From the NCBI GenBank assembly GCA_963726745.1, contig CAVSDR010000003.1:288001-352000 (forward strand): a stretch of 64,000 nucleotides of DNA. Direction: 5' to 3'. The notes under the pieces were generated by a model that had not been told where the DNA came from, did no database searches, and saw only the letters and a list, made by a program, of their open reading frames with translations. The stretch comes from an uncultured Verrucomicrobiae bacterium (GTDB taxonomy: Bacteria; Verrucomicrobiota; Verrucomicrobiia; Chthoniobacterales; UBA10450). The translations under genes and the position numbers were made by a program. Of this stretch, positions 61,693 to 64,000 are shown piece after piece (position 1 is the first letter of the stretch; each line of letters opens with the position of its first letter).

Positions 61693-63084
61693 TCAACGCG
61701 CAGGCGCGATCTGGAGCAGCGCGATTTCTTTCCCCCGATAATCCCGCACCCGCAGGAGCGTCCGCGCTTCCGGGTGCGCCCGCAGCGTTTGCTTTTCCCC
61801 CGCTGGCTGGACGAACACGAAACGCGCGCCTGGCGGCAGCGCGGAAACTTGGTCGAGATAAACCAGCGGCTCGCGCACGTAGAAGAGCGCTGGCTGATAA
61901 TCGGGGTCGATCGCGTAAAGCGTCTCGTTAGGCGGCAAGACGGCGTTGAGCTGCGCGCCGATGTTCCGGACTTTCTCGCGCTTCCGCAGATGCGGCATGA
62001 GCGCGAAGGCGTAGACGAGCATCCCTACGCAGGCGATGGCGGTCACGATCAACGGCAGGCGCAAGCGCCAGCGATGCGCGCGCAGAAGGCTGGCCGTGAG
62101 CCACGCGGCCGGCGCGAGGAGCGGCATGGTGTAGCGCGCAAGGGAGCCGGGGAGGAGGCTGATCAGGAGAAAGGAGGCCGCGATGCCGAAGGCGAGGCCC
62201 CGGTGAACCTCGAACGTCCCACTCTCCCTCGTTCGACCTTCGACGATTCCCAAAAACAGCAGCACCACCGTCCACGGCAAAAAGTATCCCAGCCCCCGCG
62301 GCACATTCAGAATCCATCCAGAGAACTTGAAATCCTCACCGCTGAGCCGGCCGGAAAATTGCCGCGCCCAAGTGTGCGCCACGGTCTCGCCGCTGCCGGC
62401 CATCGCATGCAGCGCGGGAATCGCCCAAGCGGCGAAAAGAGCCAGCATCATCAAGAGTCCGAGGAGATGCGGAAAGTTGAAGATCGTCCGCAGTTCGCGT
62501 CGGCTAACGAGTGCTCCGAGCACGATCGCGTAAAAGAAGACCAGCAGCACCGGGCCTTTCGCGAGCCAGCCAAGCCCGAGGAAAACGAACGGCACTGTCC
62601 AGGTGAGCCAGGGCGATCGGCGCTCGCTCCACCAACTGAGCCAGCAAACGATCGCCAGCCCCGCGAGCGAAGCATAGAGCGCCTCGAGTTCGATCAAGCG
62701 GCCTTTCTCCAGCATCCCGAAATTAGTCAGCCAGATGAGCGCGCCGCCTAACGAGCCGTAAGCGCCGAGACTCCCGCGCGCGACCGTGGCGAAGGCGAGC
62801 GCCACCAGCAACACGCAGATCGCCGAGGGCAGGCGCGCGGCCCATTCGCTCCGCTCCCCGAAGAGCTTGAAGGAGCCGGCAACCAGCCAATTGATCAGCG
62901 GCGGCTTGCGAAAATAAGGATCGCTCCCGACTTGCGGGACAAGAAAATTGCCCGTCTGCAGCATGGTGATCGCGGGCAGAATGCGGCGGCCTTCCTCGCC
63001 CTTGATCTCGAGCGTGCCTAGACCGGGAAGGTAAAGCAGCGCCCACGCAGCCACGACGAGGAGGATGGAGCGGGCGGCAGTCAT
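61693..63084 (-). CDS. ArnT/PMT-family (GT-C) glycosyltransferase
   Basis: EEGRRILPA..M, YFRKPPLINW, EWAARLPSA, LAKGPV, many TM segments. Confidence 0.85.
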   Translation of the reverse strand: MTAARSILLVVAAWALLYLPGLGTLEIKGEEGRRILPAITMLQTGNFLVPQVGSDPYFRKPPLINWLVAGSFKLFGERSEWAARLPSAICVLLVALAFATVARGSLGAYGSLGGALIWLTNFGMLEKGRLIELEALYASLAGLAIVCWLSWWSERRSPWLTWTVPFVFLGLGWLAKGPVLLVFFYAIVLGALVSRRELRTIFNFPHLLGLLMMLALFAAWAIPALHAMAGSGETVAHTWARQFSGRLSGEDFKFSGWILNVPRGLGYFLPWTVVLLFLGIVEGRTRESGTFEVHRGLAFGIAASFLLISLLPGSLARYTMPLLAPAAWLTASLLRAHRWRLRLPLIVTAIACVGMLVYAFALMPHLRKREKVRNIGAQLNAVLPPNETLYAIDPDYQPALFYVREPLVYLDQVSALPPGARFVFVQPAGEKQTLRAHPEARTLLRVRDYRGKEIALLQIAPAR

Positions 63085-64000
63085 CGAGATGGCAGCTCGT
63101 ATACGAGCGTGGTGTGGCCGCGCAAACCCGATGGGCTCGCGAGCAGACGCGGCCGCGGCGTGCGCCGCTCGACTTCCGCGCGCGCCGTCGAGTCGACGAT
63201 GACGAAGCGGGCCGCGGGCGGGAGCGCCTCGAGCGTCGGGTAATAATGAATGCGCTCTCCAAGGTAGAAGAAGTACGGCTGGAACCCCGGCCGCACCGCA
63301 TAAAGCGGCACGCCGGCCGGCAGGAGCGCACTAACCGACGCAGCCACCTGCGGAAAACCGGGCCGCGCTTTTTGCACCGTCGCCGAGCGCAACGGGAAAA
63401 TGATCGCCGCGGCGAGGGTGATTGCCGCCATCGTTGCGACGACGATTTTGCGTGGCACCCGCCATTCGAAAGCGCCCGCTTCGCACGCGAGCCCGAGCAG
63501 GCAATAGATCGGAACCAACGTCGGCAGAACATAACGCTGGATCGCGCCCGGCAGCAGCAGCACGCCGACAAAGGGCAACGCCGCACCCCAGAACAATCCC
63601 CGCGTCCAGCGCGGCAATTGCCCGAGCCGAACGAACGGAAGCAACAAGCCACACGGCAAAAAGTAAGCGAGCGCGAGCGGCCAATTGAGCCACCAATCGG
63701 CCAGCGTCCCCTCTGAACCGGTGAAGCGGCCGAGCATTTCGGTCGACCAGGTTTGTGTGGCGGCGCCCGCGTGGACCGCGCGCGTGTACGGCCAGGCCCA
63801 AGCGGCGAAAATAGCCGACAAGATCACCAGCCCGGCCAGGTGAGCGGGCTGCCAAAGTTCCCGCAGCCGCCCTTCCAGATAAAGCACCGCCACCACCACC
63901 GCATAGAAGAAGAGCAGCAACGCCGGCCCTTTCGCGAGCAGGCCGAGCCCGAGAAAGATCCACGGCGCGGTCCAGGTGAGCCAGGGCGAACGACCCGCGC
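63081..64000 (-). CDS. Second ArnT-family glycosyltransferase, 5'-truncated by the window edge
   Basis: SPWLTWTAPWIFLGLGLLAKGPALLLFFY parallels the downstream paralogue; ATGA overlap. Confidence 0.78.
   Translation of the reverse strand, partial: AGRSPWLTWTAPWIFLGLGLLAKGPALLLFFYAVVVAVLYLEGRLRELWQPAHLAGLVILSAIFAAWAWPYTRAVHAGAATQTWSTEMLGRFTGSEGTLADWWLNWPLALAYFLPCGLLLPFVRLGQLPRWTRGLFWGAALPFVGVLLLPGAIQRYVLPTLVPIYCLLGLACEAGAFEWRVPRKIVVATMAAITLAAAIIFPLRSATVQKARPGFPQVAASVSALLPAGVPLYAVRPGFQPYFFYLGERIHYYPTLEALPPAARFVIVDSTARAEVERRTPRPRLLASPSGLRGHTTLVYELPSR

Overview
High-GC (about 65%) bacterial chromosome segment. Gene families (PEP-CTERM and dockerin-tailed secreted proteins, several TolB-like/TPR paralogues, DUF1800/DUF1501, ARC+Dop) point to Verrucomicrobiota, probably Chthoniobacterales; this placement is inference. 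The sequence carries many single-base frameshifts, including in holA, uvrB and aroB, which look like uncorrected long-read errors. Housekeeping genes (amidases, nnr, gph, uvrB, holA, aroB, ymdB-like, infC, glgP, corA, tRNA-Asp, an RND pump with a MarR regulator, ArnT-like transferases) alternate with three accessory blocks of secreted proteins: 5.0-12.2 kb, 24.9-28.7 kb and 36.6-47.1 kb. The most striking unexplained signal is at the DNA level. The heptamer TCGTTAG/CTAACGA (extended CTCGTTAGGC) occurs about 41 times by manual count, against roughly 4 expected. It appears on both strands and in several reading frames, forces rare codons, and is missing from two of the accessory blocks. A related GGCTAAT motif is also enriched. 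Other points of interest are an ARC-Dop pair with no adjacent Pup/UBact or 20S genes, a secreted fibre/protease/kelch/dockerin cluster, a REP-like inverted-repeat element, and a CTG-initiated infC.
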